From assembly GCF_963506605.1 (NCBI RefSeq), contig NC_083279.1, forward strand, positions 16,368,001 to 16,432,000: 64,000 bases of DNA. The letters are read 5' to 3'. The notes under the pieces are model-generated. The model saw only the letters and a program-made list of their open reading frames with translations. It was not told the origin of the DNA and searched no databases. Below, piece after piece: positions 24,965-37,689 of this stretch (position 1 is the first letter of the stretch; each line of letters starts with the position of its first letter). The position numbers and the translations under genes are program-made. This stretch comes from Zootoca vivipara (Eukaryota).

Positions 24965-25838
24965 ACTTTGGTCCCTTACCTTTCCTGCCCCAACCTGGCC
25001 ACAGTGATCCATGCGACGGTCACCTCCAGGCTTGACTACTGCAACTCGCTCTATGCGGGGCTGCCCTTGAAACTGCCCCAGAAACTCCAGCGGGTGCAGA
25101 ATGCTGCAGCGAGGCTCCTCACGGGGTCCTTGCCATGGGACCATATTCACCCAGTGCTATTCCAGCTGCACTGGCTCCCAGGGGAGTATCAGGTCAAGTT
25201 TAAGGTGCTGGTTTTGACCTTTAAAGCCCTATGCAGCCTAGGACCCTCGTATTTATGGGACCACCTCTCCTGGTATGTCCCGCAGAGGACCCCCAAGGTC
25301 CATGATTAATAATAGTTTATGGGTCCTGGGCCCTAAAGAAGCCAGATTATCCTCCACCAGGGCCAGGGCTTTTTCAGTCATGGCTCTGACCTGGTGGAAT
25401 GCTCTGTCCCATGAGACTAGGGCCCTGCAGGACTTGATCTCCTTCTGCAGGGCTATTCCGCCTGGTCTTCAATTTGAATTAGCCTGATCCTCCATTCCCT
25501 TTTCCCTTTCCTTTTCTATGAAGAAACCCTTCTGGGACCCCACATTTAAACTCTTCCCTGGTCTCCTGCTGGCCCTAGCAGGACCAACTTAGCCAGTTAG
25601 CCCTGGTGATCACTTGATGTTTACTGAACTGGTCCCCCCCCCCAAAAAAAATGACCCTAAATTTTTGAATGTTATTGACATTGATGCTGCATTTATGTTG
25701 TATTTTATGCTGTTTTTAAGCTGTTTTTTAAAAGTCACATTTTAATCAATGTTTTATATTTGTTATTAGCCACCTGAGCCCAGTTCTTAAACTGGGAAGG
25801 GCGGGGTATAAATAAAAATTTATTATTATTTATTACTA
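24965..25838 (+). mobile_element. L2 LINE 3' fragment (ORF2 C-terminus + 3' UTR)
   Basis: HATVTSRLDYCNSLYAGLP...QNAAARLL...LHWLP and, in another frame, RAFSVMALTWWNAL; ends gggcggggtataaataaaaatttattattatt. Confidence 0.9.
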
Positions 25839-28151
25839 CTTTTTACAATTTAAAAAATGCTTCCATCACTGAGATGCAAAATCCAGAATCCATGTATGAA
25901 CAACTCATATACGAAAGCTGTAACTTCAGGCACATAATTTTGCTGCTTTCAGTAAGAATTTGGATTTGTGGAAATGTTGTGTCAACAGCAAGGAATTTGT
26001 GATGATAGGCAATAATGAAAAGGATTCGGTTTCCATTTCGACTCTATTAACGTTGTAGCACCTTGTCAGAATTGCAGAACAGACCTCTTATTACACATTG
26101 GCCAGCCATACAGAGGGGAAAGAGATGATATGCCAACATCTTCAACAGTCAGTTTCTGAAGATGTGAAAAGTGGGGGTGAAATTTGGAGGGGCTAAAGCA
26201 GAAAGTATTGGTAAGGGTCCTGATAATATTTAGTAGGAACGTAAGAGTCCTTCTGAATGGACCAATGCTGCATCTAGCCCAGTATCCCCCAGTGTCTAGC
26301 TAGAAATTGCTGGGATGCTCGCAAGCAGGACTCTTTCTCATTGCCCTTGGCATCTGGCTTTCAGGACCACCATTTCTTTTTCTTTCTTTAATTCAAGCAA
26401 ATTCTACTTAGAGTTAGGGATGGGCAAATTTGTGAATTCCAGTTTCTCTATCTATTTACCCATCCCCATTATACATTTTCTACATTTCCGTAACAGTTTG
26501 CAACTAAAGAAGAAGAAGTCTACATGAAAATTCACCATCATTTCAGTGCGAATTTCAACTGCTGTATGTGCCACAGAGAAGTGCAAATTTCAAAGGATGG
26601 TGGTGTTTCGATTCACATATTATTTAGTAGAATGTGAACTAGGCAGGTTCAATGACTGATGTGTGAGCTGAATCAAATTTCATCCCTTTCCTTATCAGCA
26701 GACCCATTCTAATTAATGGTCCCAAATTAATCATGTCCATTCATTTTAGTGGATTTGCTTTAGGACTAACATTGGATACAACTCGCTGCCACTTAACAGT
26801 GGCATAGTGGAGAGGGAAGACAAGGGGACAGGGATAGATCAATACATTTTGGCACCTGTGCCCCACTGCCACCCTTGTGCTGGGGGGGGGGGGGGAGGCA
26901 GCATGAATCCTTGCAAAGCCTTGTCACTTTGCAGGGGGTGGGCATACTCCTCAAGAGTTTTCTGAATGCTCCCCCCCTCGCCAAATTTAGGCGAGAGAGA
27001 GGTGTTCCCCAAGGCTTTGCTGGTGGTCTCTTTCCTTCCTAGGGGCAGGGGAGACCAGTAGCTATGTGTTCCTTCTTCAGTGGTGGCAAAAATGGTGAGG
27101 TGGGCACCTGTGGGGATGATAGGAGCTGTAGACCAAAAATCTGGAGAGGATTGCTTCCTGACTCAGAGACCACCTGTTAACGGTACTCCCTGACTAGGCA
27201 AAGGCAACATTTAATTACCAAGTAGCCAAGGAATTGCTGTTTTTTAAAAAAAGTTGTTGCTTTGAAAGTGATACTCGTTGAGTGAGATTCCAAAGCCTCT
27301 CCTATCTCAACTAACTCTTCTGAATAATAGTGAATGGACAGCCTTTTCTTACAGTTCTGAACAAACAGAGGAAGACTCTCAGTGAATACAGCTGTGGTGT
27401 TTGCATATCCCATTCAAATCAATCTCTAGAATTTACATGAATGGAATTGAAATCACATTTGTGCTTTACATTTGATTAAATCCCACAGGGAATTCCATAC
27501 TTCCCTTTTCATTATGTTCTATGAAGAGTGTTGATTTGCCATGAACAAAAATAATTCAAATTTCCATTCCAAATGGATCTCATTCCTTCACAAATAGCAA
27601 GTTTTAATTACTTTCCACAGTTTCTTGGTGGGGTTTTTTACGCTATGAGTCAACCACTTTGCTTGAATATCATTTTTGTCATCATGCAATTGTGCTTGTA
27701 GGTTTCTGTACTTTTATTAACATTCTCATGGAGTTATTCTCCCAAATGGTAAAATAGTTTCAGTTCATTAACTTCCCTCTGAGTTTGCCAACCAGCAGCA
27801 AGCAGAGTTTGCAAGCTTGAGCTGTATTGTATAATTTGCGGAACAAGCCATTTGTCAGTGATTGCATAAACCTGGAAAAAAAATAATCTCTGAACTACTA
27901 TGGTATATAAATTTTAGCAATTTCTCTGAATTGTTAAATGGACATGTAGAAAATAAATTACATTATGGAGATAGGTTTCTGGAAACTATGAAGCGGAGGG
28001 TGTCCTCTCCCCCACCAAGTTGAGAAAACTATTTAACAGAAGCATACATCATAATGTAAGACATTACCAATGAATGTGTGTGTAAGACATTTCAAACATG
28101 AGTTCACTAAATTTGTTCAACTTCAATACCATACTTATATCAATCATAGTA

Positions 28152-28394
28152 CAGTGGTACCTCTACTTACGAATGTTTCTACTTACGAATGTTTCTACTT
28201 ACGAATGGAGCTCCATCCGCCATATTGGGTGCGGTTTAGATAGGATTTTTTCTACTTACGAATTTTTAGATAGGGTTGCTTCTACTTATGAATTTTTTCT
28301 CCCAATGCATTCCTATGGGATTCGACTTACAGATTTTTTCAACTTACAAATGTGTGTTCGGAACACATTAAATTCGTAAGTAGAGGTACCACTG
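28152..28394. mobile_element. Tc1/mariner (Tigger/pogo-like) MITE
   Basis: TA|CAGTGGTACCTCTACTTACGAAT ... ATTCGTAAGTAGAGGTACCACTG|TA: perfect TIRs and TA TSD. Confidence 0.9.
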
Positions 28395-29028
28395 TAATTG
28401 TTATTAGTTTATTTTTTTTCCAAAAGACAGAAACATTTAAGTGTACAAAAATCTGGAGCAAATTAAGTGGGGAAAAGACCAAAAAGTGAAGATGATTGGC
28501 ATGGTACATAGAAAACTGCCATTTTCTGGGCTTCACATCTGGGCTATATACAGTAGCTCAGTATTGCCTCAGACAAGCAGGAGAAATAAAAATTCTTAGC
28601 CTAAGCTGTGATTCAGGATGAACAAATCTGTCAATTTTAGTTTCTCGTTCTTCCTCTCTTATCCTTCATCCAGTGTTGGGGGGGGGGTCATTTTTGGGGG
28701 GAGTCTGACAATGTCTGGAGAACAGCATGTTGGTGTCCCCCAGTGAGATTTACAATGCAGGGAGGGGGGATTTTAATGTAGATCCCAGATGATGTTAAAT
28801 GCCCCTGTGTTGTCAGATGAAGTATGCTTGACAGTATGCAAACCAGGGAAGACTTCAGTCTTTCAAAGTTCAGCAGCACCTTGTGTGAGCCCAAAATTTC
28901 ACAACATAGATTTGGTTATAGTATAATTTAATATTATGTTATCTTCTTGAATTTTTAACTCTTTCCCCACAATAATTTTTATATACCCAAATATATTTTT
29001 CAAACGTTTGCCAACACTGAACACTGTG

Positions 29029-29328
29029 CAGTGGTACCTCGACTTACGAACGACTCAACAACCGACGTATTTTTCGACTTACAAGTGGGGCAAATGGCCG
29101 CATGCTTACGAATGTCTCGATATCTGAAAGGAAACTGCGGCAGTTTCAGATAGGGTTTTTTCAACTTACGAATTTTTAGATGGGGTTGCTTCGACTTAAC
29201 GAATTTTTCCGTTTCCAATGCATTCTTATGGGAAATCGCATTTCCAATGGCGCTTTCCGACCTATGAATTTTTCGACCTAAGAAGGTGCCTTTGGAACGG
29301 ATTAAATTCGTAAGTTGAGGCACCACTG
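29029..29328. mobile_element. Tc1/mariner MITE (relative of 28152-28394)
   Basis: CAGTGGTACCTCGACTTACGAA ... TTCGTAAGTTGAGGCACCACTG|TA; internal similarity to the 28152 copy. Confidence 0.88.
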
Positions 29329-30717
29329 TATAAACATAGGCAATGTGGCAATATAGACCAATTTAAGCAAATACACCCAAAGCAGTACAATAGTATCTTG
29401 GGGATTAATAGGTTGATGCAAGTAGCTGGAGATTGATGGAATGAGCTGGGTGTTTTATCTTCGCCTCTGTGTTCCCTCATTCTGTTGTGCCTCCCGAGTT
29501 GAATTTTAGATTGTAAATGTATCAGGTGAGGGACTTGCTACCTTGTTGTTACACTGTAAAACTGGGGGAAGGTAACATGGTGTACTCCAGACGTTGTCAG
29601 GCTCCCGTCTGCCCCCACTCAGCATGACCCATGGCCAGGTATGATGGGAGTTGTAGTCTAGCAATAACTGGAGAGCGTCATGTTGGCTACTCATGTAGCA
29701 AAGCATCATAGGCAAGCATGGTGCATTGTTGTGGTTGTCAAGTTTATTGTAGGATGCCTTGTCTTTTAGGTTTAGCAGCTGCTCCTTCATTATATGCAGA
29801 CTTCAAAAATGCTAATATGTGCGGGTGGAGTTTTGAATACCAGTTGAAACAAAGCCCACTTTGATATAGTGAGTTACTGCTTGCTGATCTCCTGGCAAGT
29901 TGCACATGGTTTCAAGGTACCCAGGTAACCTGTTTGCAACATGCATCACCAGCTGGTGAGTGTCTGGGGAGAAATTACTCCCACATAGAGCTGTCATGAG
30001 GACACACTGCAGTTTAGCAAGCTAGAATTATCTGCTTCTACAACACTTTCCTTTGCTGTTTGAATGTGCACTTTCTCTCTTTCTCTTTAAAGTGAAAACT
30101 GATCCTATAAATTGGGGGTGTCAAATTATCAGCTGAACTGTGGAAGGAATCCTGCCACAGCTGGCAGGCACCTTGATGTTTCCTCGCCAATTGCTGTGGA
30201 TCAAGCTACCCTTTGTTATTGAGTCTAATACTGTTGTGGGCAATTATCACCCCATTCATTTGTATTTAATTACAGAATAACCCAAGTGTAATTGAGAGAA
30301 AAAATTAACCTGTCACTTCTTAACATCTCTGTAATGTATGTATTGGGGAAATGCTGAAATGAGTATTTGAAAGGTTTCAGCCACTATCTTGTATTCAAAA
30401 CAAGTTTAGCTTTGGGACAGGGAGGAATTAAGTCCTCAAAGTTTTCAAAAAAAAAAAAAGTGCTCAGGTTTACGGTGCTTCAGAGCAATGGAGGGAAATA
30501 AAGCATTTCCAGCCAGCAGACCACTGCACATCCAGTGTGGCCTCAGATTGGCCCATTTGAAATTGGGTTCAGATGGGAAGTCCTGCCCTGAGATTGCTCC
30601 AGTTGGGGAATTCCCAAATGTCCAGAAAACATGGGATGGCAGCGGAGGGCAAGGGGCAGAAACTAAAACCCACCTGGCAAGAGTGAGCATCCATTATCTG
30701 AACTCTTTGGATATATT

Positions 30718-30991
30718 TGTTGTTGTTTAGTCATTTAGTCATGTCCGACTCTTCGTGACCCCATGGACCAGAGCACGCCAGGCACTCCTGTCTTCCCTGC
30801 CTCCCACAGTTTGGTCAGACTCATGTTGGTAGCTTTGAGAACACTGTCCAACCACCTTGTCCTCTGTCATCCCCTTCTCCTTGTGTCCTCAATCTTTCCT
30901 AACATCGGGGGCTTTTCCAGGGAGTCTTCTCTTCTCATGAGGTGGCCAAAGTATTGGGGCCTCAGCTTCAGGATCTGTCCTTCCAGTGAGC
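30718..30991 (-). mobile_element. BovB (RTE) LINE 3' fragment
   Basis: (CAA)n tail and gggtcacgaagagtcggacatgact on the minus strand; more diverged than the adjacent copy. Confidence 0.9.
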
Positions 30992-30992
30992 A

Positions 30993-31358
30993 TGTTGTTG
31001 TTGTTTAGTCGTTTAGTCGTGTCCGACTCTTCGTGACCCCATGGACCAGAGCACGCCAGGCACTCCTGTCTTCCACTGCCTCCCGCAGTTTGGTCAAACT
31101 CATGTTCGTAGCTTCGAGAACACTGTCCAACCATCTCGTCCTCTGTCGTCCCCTTCTCCTAGTGCCCTCAATCTTTCCCAACATCAGGGTCTTTTCCAAG
31201 GATTCTTCTCTTCTCATGAGGTGGCCAAAGTATTGGAGCCTCAGCTTCACGACCTGTCCTTCCAGGGTGCACTCAGGGCTGATTTCCTTAAGAATTGATA
31301 GGTTTGATCTTCTTGCAGTCCATGGGATTCTCAAGAGTCTCCTCCAGCACCATAATTC
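30993..31358 (-). mobile_element. BovB (RTE) LINE 3' fragment
   Basis: ORF ELWCWRRLLRIPWTARRSNLSILKEISPE...GVTKSRTRLND is the BovB ORF C-terminus; (CAA)n tail. Confidence 0.93.
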
Positions 31359-32822
31359 AGCGCCGAGCATAGTCCCGGTCAATTGAGAATGGGTCACACA
31401 TTTGAGCTGATCCTTCCCATCCAGTCAAAAATGAATGAAGCACAAATGCTGATCTGGAAAGGATGATCCTTACACAACTGTGGATCACTGGGATGGATGT
31501 GTACTCATCTGCAAATAGTGCAGTGTGACTAAATAGTACAGCCTGTGGTAAAGATCTTTCTAACAGATCACAAGTCTGATTTTTATGCCTGCCTGCCACA
31601 TGACACTCAAGGTGGTTCATGTGCCATTAAATAAAATAAGAACAACACATTATATTACGTTTTTGAAATAAATACACTGTAAGCGTAACATAACAACCAT
31701 TACATGGAAGTATATAATCTATCTATCTGGATATATACATGGAGATATGGCGTATAATGTGAGTTATAAGGGCAGCCAAGTTGTTCCCCATACAACCCCC
31801 CCCCCCTAAGAATGATGGGACTTCAACAAGTCCCATCATTCCCAAGGAGACTTGCTGCAACTACTTTGCTTTTGATATATGCAATGGCAGGAGCTGCTCA
31901 GGCTGGCTAGCTGCTATTAGGTGACTTTCAGGGGCACCTGCTCCTGGGGGCTGAACTCTTTTGACCCCCTTATATTTTGAGGGTAGGAGCCACCCCCCGT
32001 GTCCAAAAAATTTGGAAGGTGAAACACAGAGCTGACCACAGTGTGTTGCAGCTTCAGTGGCAAACTCCTTCTCCTCCTCCTACCATGGAGGGGAAGGAGG
32101 GTCAAAGTAGCCTCCCGGTGGTGTTGGTGGCAAGAGGAGACAGAGGAAGAGCCACATCCTGATGTCACACATATGACGTTGTGATGTCATTATGTCACAC
32201 ATGTAACCTTGGCTGCCCAATTGCCCTCACAAGGTGGTGTCTCTGGTGGTTGTAATTACTTTTGAAAAACAACCAAGAGAAGAACACCCTCAAACCACCT
32301 CATTATAAGATATGTATGCTTACTAGGAAATGTGGCAACTTTCATATACTGGAGCAGACTGCTGATCTGATCTGCACATTTGTCTGGGTGGATTGGATCA
32401 GGCGATTCCCCTTCAGAAACTGAGTTCACCAGATTCCTTCCTCATCCCTAGATTTGCAAGTGATTCAAACTATGGGGAGCAGAGAAGTGAGAGATGGTAG
32501 CCTTTTCTGGTTTTGTTATTTACAGTGGAAACCTCAGCATGTCTACTCAAAACTAAGTTCCAAAATGGGTTTTGCTCCTGGCAGACAGGATAGGAGGAGT
32601 GGAGCCTAATTATCTCTAGAGCAAATTATGGATTTGCTCTAAATCAGTTGCTAAAGATGCCATGCTCCCCTGATATGCCCAGCATTCAAACACTGCTCTG
32701 TTTTCTGTCAGGTAAACCACTACTGGAGTGTGAAACCTCAATAGGCTCCAGATTCTTTCAGGCTCTGTCCATGACCAACCTCATGTCATCACTTTCCATC
32801 CACAAACCACCAAGCTCTCCCA

Positions 32823-34012
32823 CAGGGGCATACCCAGGATCAAAACTAGGGGGGGGGGCAAGCCATGGTCGTTCAGGGGCGGGGCCAAGGCACGGGGGGA
32901 GGGGCCACAAAGTGGGAATGTGGGCGGGGCTACAGGGCCAGCGGGCCCGACGACTCGGCGGCGGCGGCTGCTGCAGCCGCTAATTGAACACCCTAAACTC
33001 TCTCACACGAAATTCCCCTGCTCTGAAGCAGGGCCGTCTCTAGGCCCGGGTCCGGTGGCGTGGGGTGCCAGGCCACCAGGGGCGCCGCTGTGCCCACTGA
33101 GAGGCACGGCGGAGGCCGCCCCAAGCGCGCCTCTCAGCTGTTCATCAGCTTCAGGCTGCTTTCCGGAGGCGTGCGGGCCTGGGGCCGCCTCCGCCACGCG
33201 CAGGGGCATCGCAACAGGGGGAGGGCAGCACCCCCTGGCCCAGGGCCGCCCTCCAGGTGATAGCCGTGCAGTGAGCTGCGCCCACCGTGCCGGGAAACGG
33301 GGCAGGGTGGGGGCACCAGAGGGATCCGTCACACCACGGTGCCAGGGCGCCAGGTATGCTTAAGACGGCCCTGCTCTGAAAACACCGCTCCCATCCATTT
33401 ACGGTTAGCCACCCCCCTGAAAAACCCCTTTGGGCCCCGCTTTCCCTCCTCCAGGTCCCCCCGAAGCCTTGCCAGTTCCCACCCTATATATCTGGGATGG
33501 GGAAGGAGTTCAGAGGTCTGCTAGTCCTGGGGGGCCATCCCCCCGTGGCCTGAGAGGATACTGGAGACCCCCCTGCCAAGCTGAGACCCTCAAAGAAGAA
33601 GAAGCTGCCACCACTGCCTCCCCATCGCAACAGAGCAAAAGATGGGAAAGGTGGGGTGGCGCAGCGCAGCACAGCGCAGCCGAGCGAGCGAGCCCCCCTC
33701 CCAGCTGTGACCCTACAGCGGCGGCAGCGGCTCCCCCGCCCTCAACGCCCCTCTCTCGGCAGGGGCAGCAAGGGAGAGCGGTGGGGGGGGGCGCATTGCA
33801 AAGAAGGAAACAGCAGCCAATGCCCGGAGAGGGCAATGCACGCAGGGGGAGCGGAGAGCTGTGCCGCCCCCCAAGGCAGCTCCTTTCCTATTGCCGGGGG
33901 TGGCAATTAAGCAAAGGGTCTGCTGGTTTCTATTTAAGGTTTCCAGACTCAAAAGAGAGCAGGGCAATTAAAGGCACAGAAGTCCTGTCCTCTATTGAGT
34001 CTGGCAACCCTA
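32823..34012. mobile_element. GC-rich cluster of nested hAT-like non-autonomous elements
   Basis: TIR-like ends caggggcatacc (32823), gccacccccctg (33419) and tctggcaaccct (~34011); contains the well-defined element at 33029-33373. Confidence 0.55.
33029..33373. mobile_element. GC-rich hAT MITE
   Basis: TIRs CAGGGCCGTCT...AGACGGCCCTG; 8-bp TSD CTCTGAAG/CTCTGAAA; homologous to 58672-58842. Confidence 0.85.
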
Positions 34013-34491
34013 CTTCACCCTTGTCCCAACCAGATTCTGCAGTAGCCCTACATGTCATGAGTCTGTCATATGGCCCTTCTCAGAAGATCAGTAATTAAGG
34101 CAATCAAATGTCAACAGCTGTAGTTCTTTTTTCTGAGTCAGCCAAAATATCCTCGCCACCTCCCCCGGGCAGTTTAAAAAGGCAGGTTGGCAAAGTATGT
34201 GGGTTAAATAATGAATGAAATTAACATAGTTATTTGTTTTAATTATGCACTCATAACTGATGAGAAAACAAGGTCTTTTGTCTCGAAGCCCTTAAATATG
34301 TAAAAGCCTCAGCCTTCCTTAATCATCTCTTTCAGACTATTGAAATATTAATGCTATTACTCTAGAAAATCTTTTTGGGGTTGTTCTTGTTCCTCAGTAG
34401 GTATGTTAATTACTTTTTTAAAGTTCTAATGAAATAAAGAAAATCACTACATTTTGGGAATGGTCCATGAATGCCAAGTTTCTAGTATATG

Positions 34492-34492
<1 letters not shown>

Positions 34493-34543
<51 letters not shown>
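34493..34543. repeat. (TA)n microsatellite
   Basis: Direct reading; another (AT)n at 34962-35008. Confidence 0.95.
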
Positions 34544-34546
<3 letters not shown>

Positions 34547-34959
34547 CAAAAGTTTCATTTATACTTTTTTTAAAATAATAATAAAAAACCCAGTGACTTT
34601 AGTTGAAGGGATAAGGGGATTAGAGTAAATGGAAAATATGAACTTCTGAAACTAATTTCCAGACCTAGCTGGTGCAAAATCTAACTTCAGATGCCTTTAT
34701 ATACACCTTTCTGTTTCTCTCAAGGGGAGCAGTGGAATTCTGCCCATTCCCTTTCTTTTCAAAACTACCTGCTTATTAAATATCAGACCTTCTTTTGAGA
34801 TTCTAATTTAAAGCACTCCATGTCTCCAATTCTTACCCCATTGAAGTTTATGGAGAAAAAGCTATTGATTTGATGATCAAAGTACCCATTTGGTACTGTC
34901 TTTCTTGAGCCTCATAAATGTTCTGATGTGCATATGAAATGTCTTCAAGATCAGAATTT

Positions 34960-35010
<51 letters not shown>

Positions 35011-35645
35011 CTACATCCTGCTTGGTTACTGAATCATTCATTAACGGGCAATTTCAGCTGTCCCACAGGCTCTTTGAATCTTGTATAGACATTATTCCTT
35101 TTCAGAGCTAACTAGCATTGCATGTAAAATCAGGGTTTGTGCAAACCATAGTTTGCTCTAACCATCACTGCAAGCCTGCTTCTAACTGTATTTGCAAACT
35201 GTGATATAGTGGTAATTACAGATGGCAGAAAAGCTGGCACACACACAACACCAACTGTCTATGCTGACTCCGTAAAAAAAAAAAAGCCTGTTCCACTGTC
35301 TCTTTTATGCATGCATTTTTGTGTCTTTATATTACTGTTTTGCTTTTTTTTAAAAAAAAAAATGTTTCTAGCCACCTTTAGCACTCTGTTTTTAACACAA
35401 TGGGAGCAGAAAAGCAGGATAAAAATGATGCTAACTAAATAAACCACAATGAGATCCAAAATGGAAAGGAGTTGTCTACACAAGAGGAGGGAAGGGGAGG
35501 AGGGGGAGGAGGGCATAAGCCTGCTAAGTATAAACTCCCATCAGCCCAAAGCAAGGTGCCCAATGGTAAGGGATTATGTGCAGTTCACCAACATCTGGAG
35601 GGCCACAAGTTATCCACCCCTGTATTGAAGTGAAAGGTACAGTAT

Positions 35646-35899
35646 GAGAGCCAGTGTGTTGTAGTGGTTAAGAGCGGTTGGCTCATAATCTGGTGAACCG
35701 GGTTCGCATCTCCGCTCCTCCACATGCAGCTGCTGGGTGACCTTGGGCTAGTCACACTTCTCTGAAATCTCTCAGCCCCACTCACCTCACAGAGTGTTTG
35801 TTGTGGGGGAGGAAGGGAAAGGAGATTGTTAGCCAGTTTGAGACTCCTTAGGGTAGTGATAAAGCAGGATATCAAATCCAAACTCTTCTCTTCTCTTCT
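35646..35899 (+). mobile_element. Squam3-type tRNA-derived SINE
   Basis: gagagccagtgtgttgtagtggttaagagcgg head, CORE-like gctgggtgaccttgggctagtcac, CTT-rich tail. Confidence 0.8.
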
Positions 35900-36209
35900 A
35901 TGAATGGTATACTATATAGTATATAGTATATAAGGAACAGCTGGATGAGGACAATTGTTAAGAAAGCTCTGTTTGCTCAAAAGCACAGAACCCATGAGAT
36001 GTATAACAGTTCCTCTTCTGCAGACAAAATAATAGCTTCTGTATTGGTCAGCCTTTAGAGAAGAACAATAGATGATTCTTGGTTCCTTGAATGAAGGACT
36101 CAGTTGAAGGTGGATAATAAAAAAGGTCCTATTTTCAGGGTCACTGTGAAGTACTGAATCAAAGTCATGGAGAAGGCTTCAGAAAGAAATCATAACAGTG
36201 AAAAGAAAA

Positions 36210-36520
36210 ATCTCAAAGGCCTGTCACATGGAAGAGGGAACAAGCTTGTTTTCTCTTGCTCTGGAGACTGGACTCAAACCAATGGTTTCAAGTTACAAGA
36301 AAGGAGATTCTGACTAAACATACAGAAAACGTTTCTGACAGTAAGAGCTCTTCGACAGTGGAATGGTTTTCCTTGGGAGGCTGTGGACTCTCCTTCCTTG
36401 GAGGTTTGTAAGCATAGGTTGGATGGTTAACTGGCATGGATGCTTTAGCTGAGATTCATGCATTGCAGAGGGTTGGACTAGATGGCCCTTGGGGTCCCTT
36501 CCAACTCCACGATTCCATGA
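36210..36520 (+). mobile_element. CR1 LINE 3' fragment
   Basis: ORF2-end-like sequence (caatggtttcaagttacaagaaaggagattc...ctctccttccttggaggttt) plus the CR1 tail cccttccaactccacgattccatga. Confidence 0.88.
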
Positions 36521-37029
36521 AATAGTGGATTATCTGGCCCCAGTCTAATAATGGAAGACAATAATGCATTGCATAGCAACTGCTTTCCAAACACAAATTC
36601 TCCATAATACAAGCACAGAAGGCTCTTGCGTACGTGGCAGGGGAATCATTCATATCCAGCCTCTAGGACTGCACATATGGCAGTTTTGCAACATTCACAC
36701 ATTGCTAAACACATGGTCAGCTCTGTCACCCATTGACAATCATAGCCATCCATCTGCTAAGAGGAAAAGTTTTATCTCTGTTCATCAGCAAGTGGCACAG
36801 AGATATTCTACCCTGACAGTTCTGTAGCTTGGGGTGTCTGCATTCATAGGTTGTAGAGACTGAGGACTGAATACAGGTCCTAATGGAACACAGGTCTTCT
36901 GCCTAAGAAGACAGTCTGCTATCAAGGCTCCCCTCCACCTCCGTAAGATGGAGTGTGACGTTATATTTAAAGTTTCCATATCTATATGGAAATTTGTGTC
37001 TGCCCATTGAGTGCCTGTGGTAGTGGTAC

Positions 37030-37330
37030 TCAGGGTAGCTTACAACAATACTGTGAAATGAAATAAAACAAAGGCAGAGAGTGTAAATGAAATATGACCT
37101 TTACATCGCAGACAGCAGCCTGCTGGAATAAAAATAGTACAAGAGATCCAGATGGGACCGCCCACAGTTCACTGAGGAAGGTGTTCCAAAATACTGGTGC
37201 AGCCACTGAGAAGACCCTATCTCTTGCTGCTGTCGACCATGCCTCCATGCTAGATGGGACAGAGAAGAGTCTTGTGCTTCTGATCTTAGGGGAAGGGTAG
37301 AATGGTATAGGAAGAAGCAATCTTCCAGGT
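37030..37330 (-). mobile_element. Old L2 fragment
   Basis: Minus-strand translation DRVFSVAAPVFWNTF resembles the L2 motif RAFSVAAPxLWNxLP. Confidence 0.6.
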
Positions 37331-37451
37331 GTCCTGGGTTTGAATAGTAATCACACTAAGTTGTTCTTTGATATAAAAATTGTATTCTGACATCAGTACA
37401 CTTTTCATTCCTCTCCATCCCCATTTCATATTACTAGCTAATGCTGACGTA

Positions 37452-37453
<2 letters not shown>

Positions 37454-37491
<38 letters not shown>
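37454..37491. repeat. (GT)n microsatellite
   Basis: Direct reading; further (GT)n runs at 44035-44075 and 52560-52601. Confidence 0.95.
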
Positions 37492-37494
<3 letters not shown>

Positions 37495-37598
37495 TCCCAT
37501 AATAATATAAAGACACTGAGTATATGGTAAGGCACATTCCAGTGTAGGAGGAGAATGTGACATGGCAACATTCATATCAATGGTACCCCTGTGCTTAT

Positions 37599-37689
37599 CA
37601 TAGCTGCCAAGTTTTCCCTTTTCTCGCGAGGAAGCCTATTCAGCATAAGGGAAAATCCCTTTAAAAAAAGGGATAACTTGGCAGCTATG
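37599..37689. mobile_element. Very small hAT MITE (91 bp)
   Basis: 15-bp perfect TIR CATAGCTGCCAAGTT; perfect 8-bp TSD GTGCTTAT (37591-37598 and 37690-37697). Confidence 0.92.

Noticed and set aside
28152-29328. Short repeated CTTACGAAT units resembling a CRISPR or satellite array
   Set aside because: They are internal TIR-derived repeats of Tc1/mariner MITEs in a vertebrate genome, with no regular repeat-spacer periodicity.
31770-32218. 11-bp inverted repeat GGGCAGCCAAG/CTTGGCTGCCC enclosing TGATGTCA repeats
   Set aside because: No matching TSD; possibly a decayed transposon, but I cannot support boundaries or function.
32823-34098. GC-rich block resembling a second CpG-island promoter, with 147- and 222-aa ORFs
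   Set aside because: Largely explained by nested hAT-type elements with TIRs and TSDs; the ORFs are stop-poor GC-rich artefacts.
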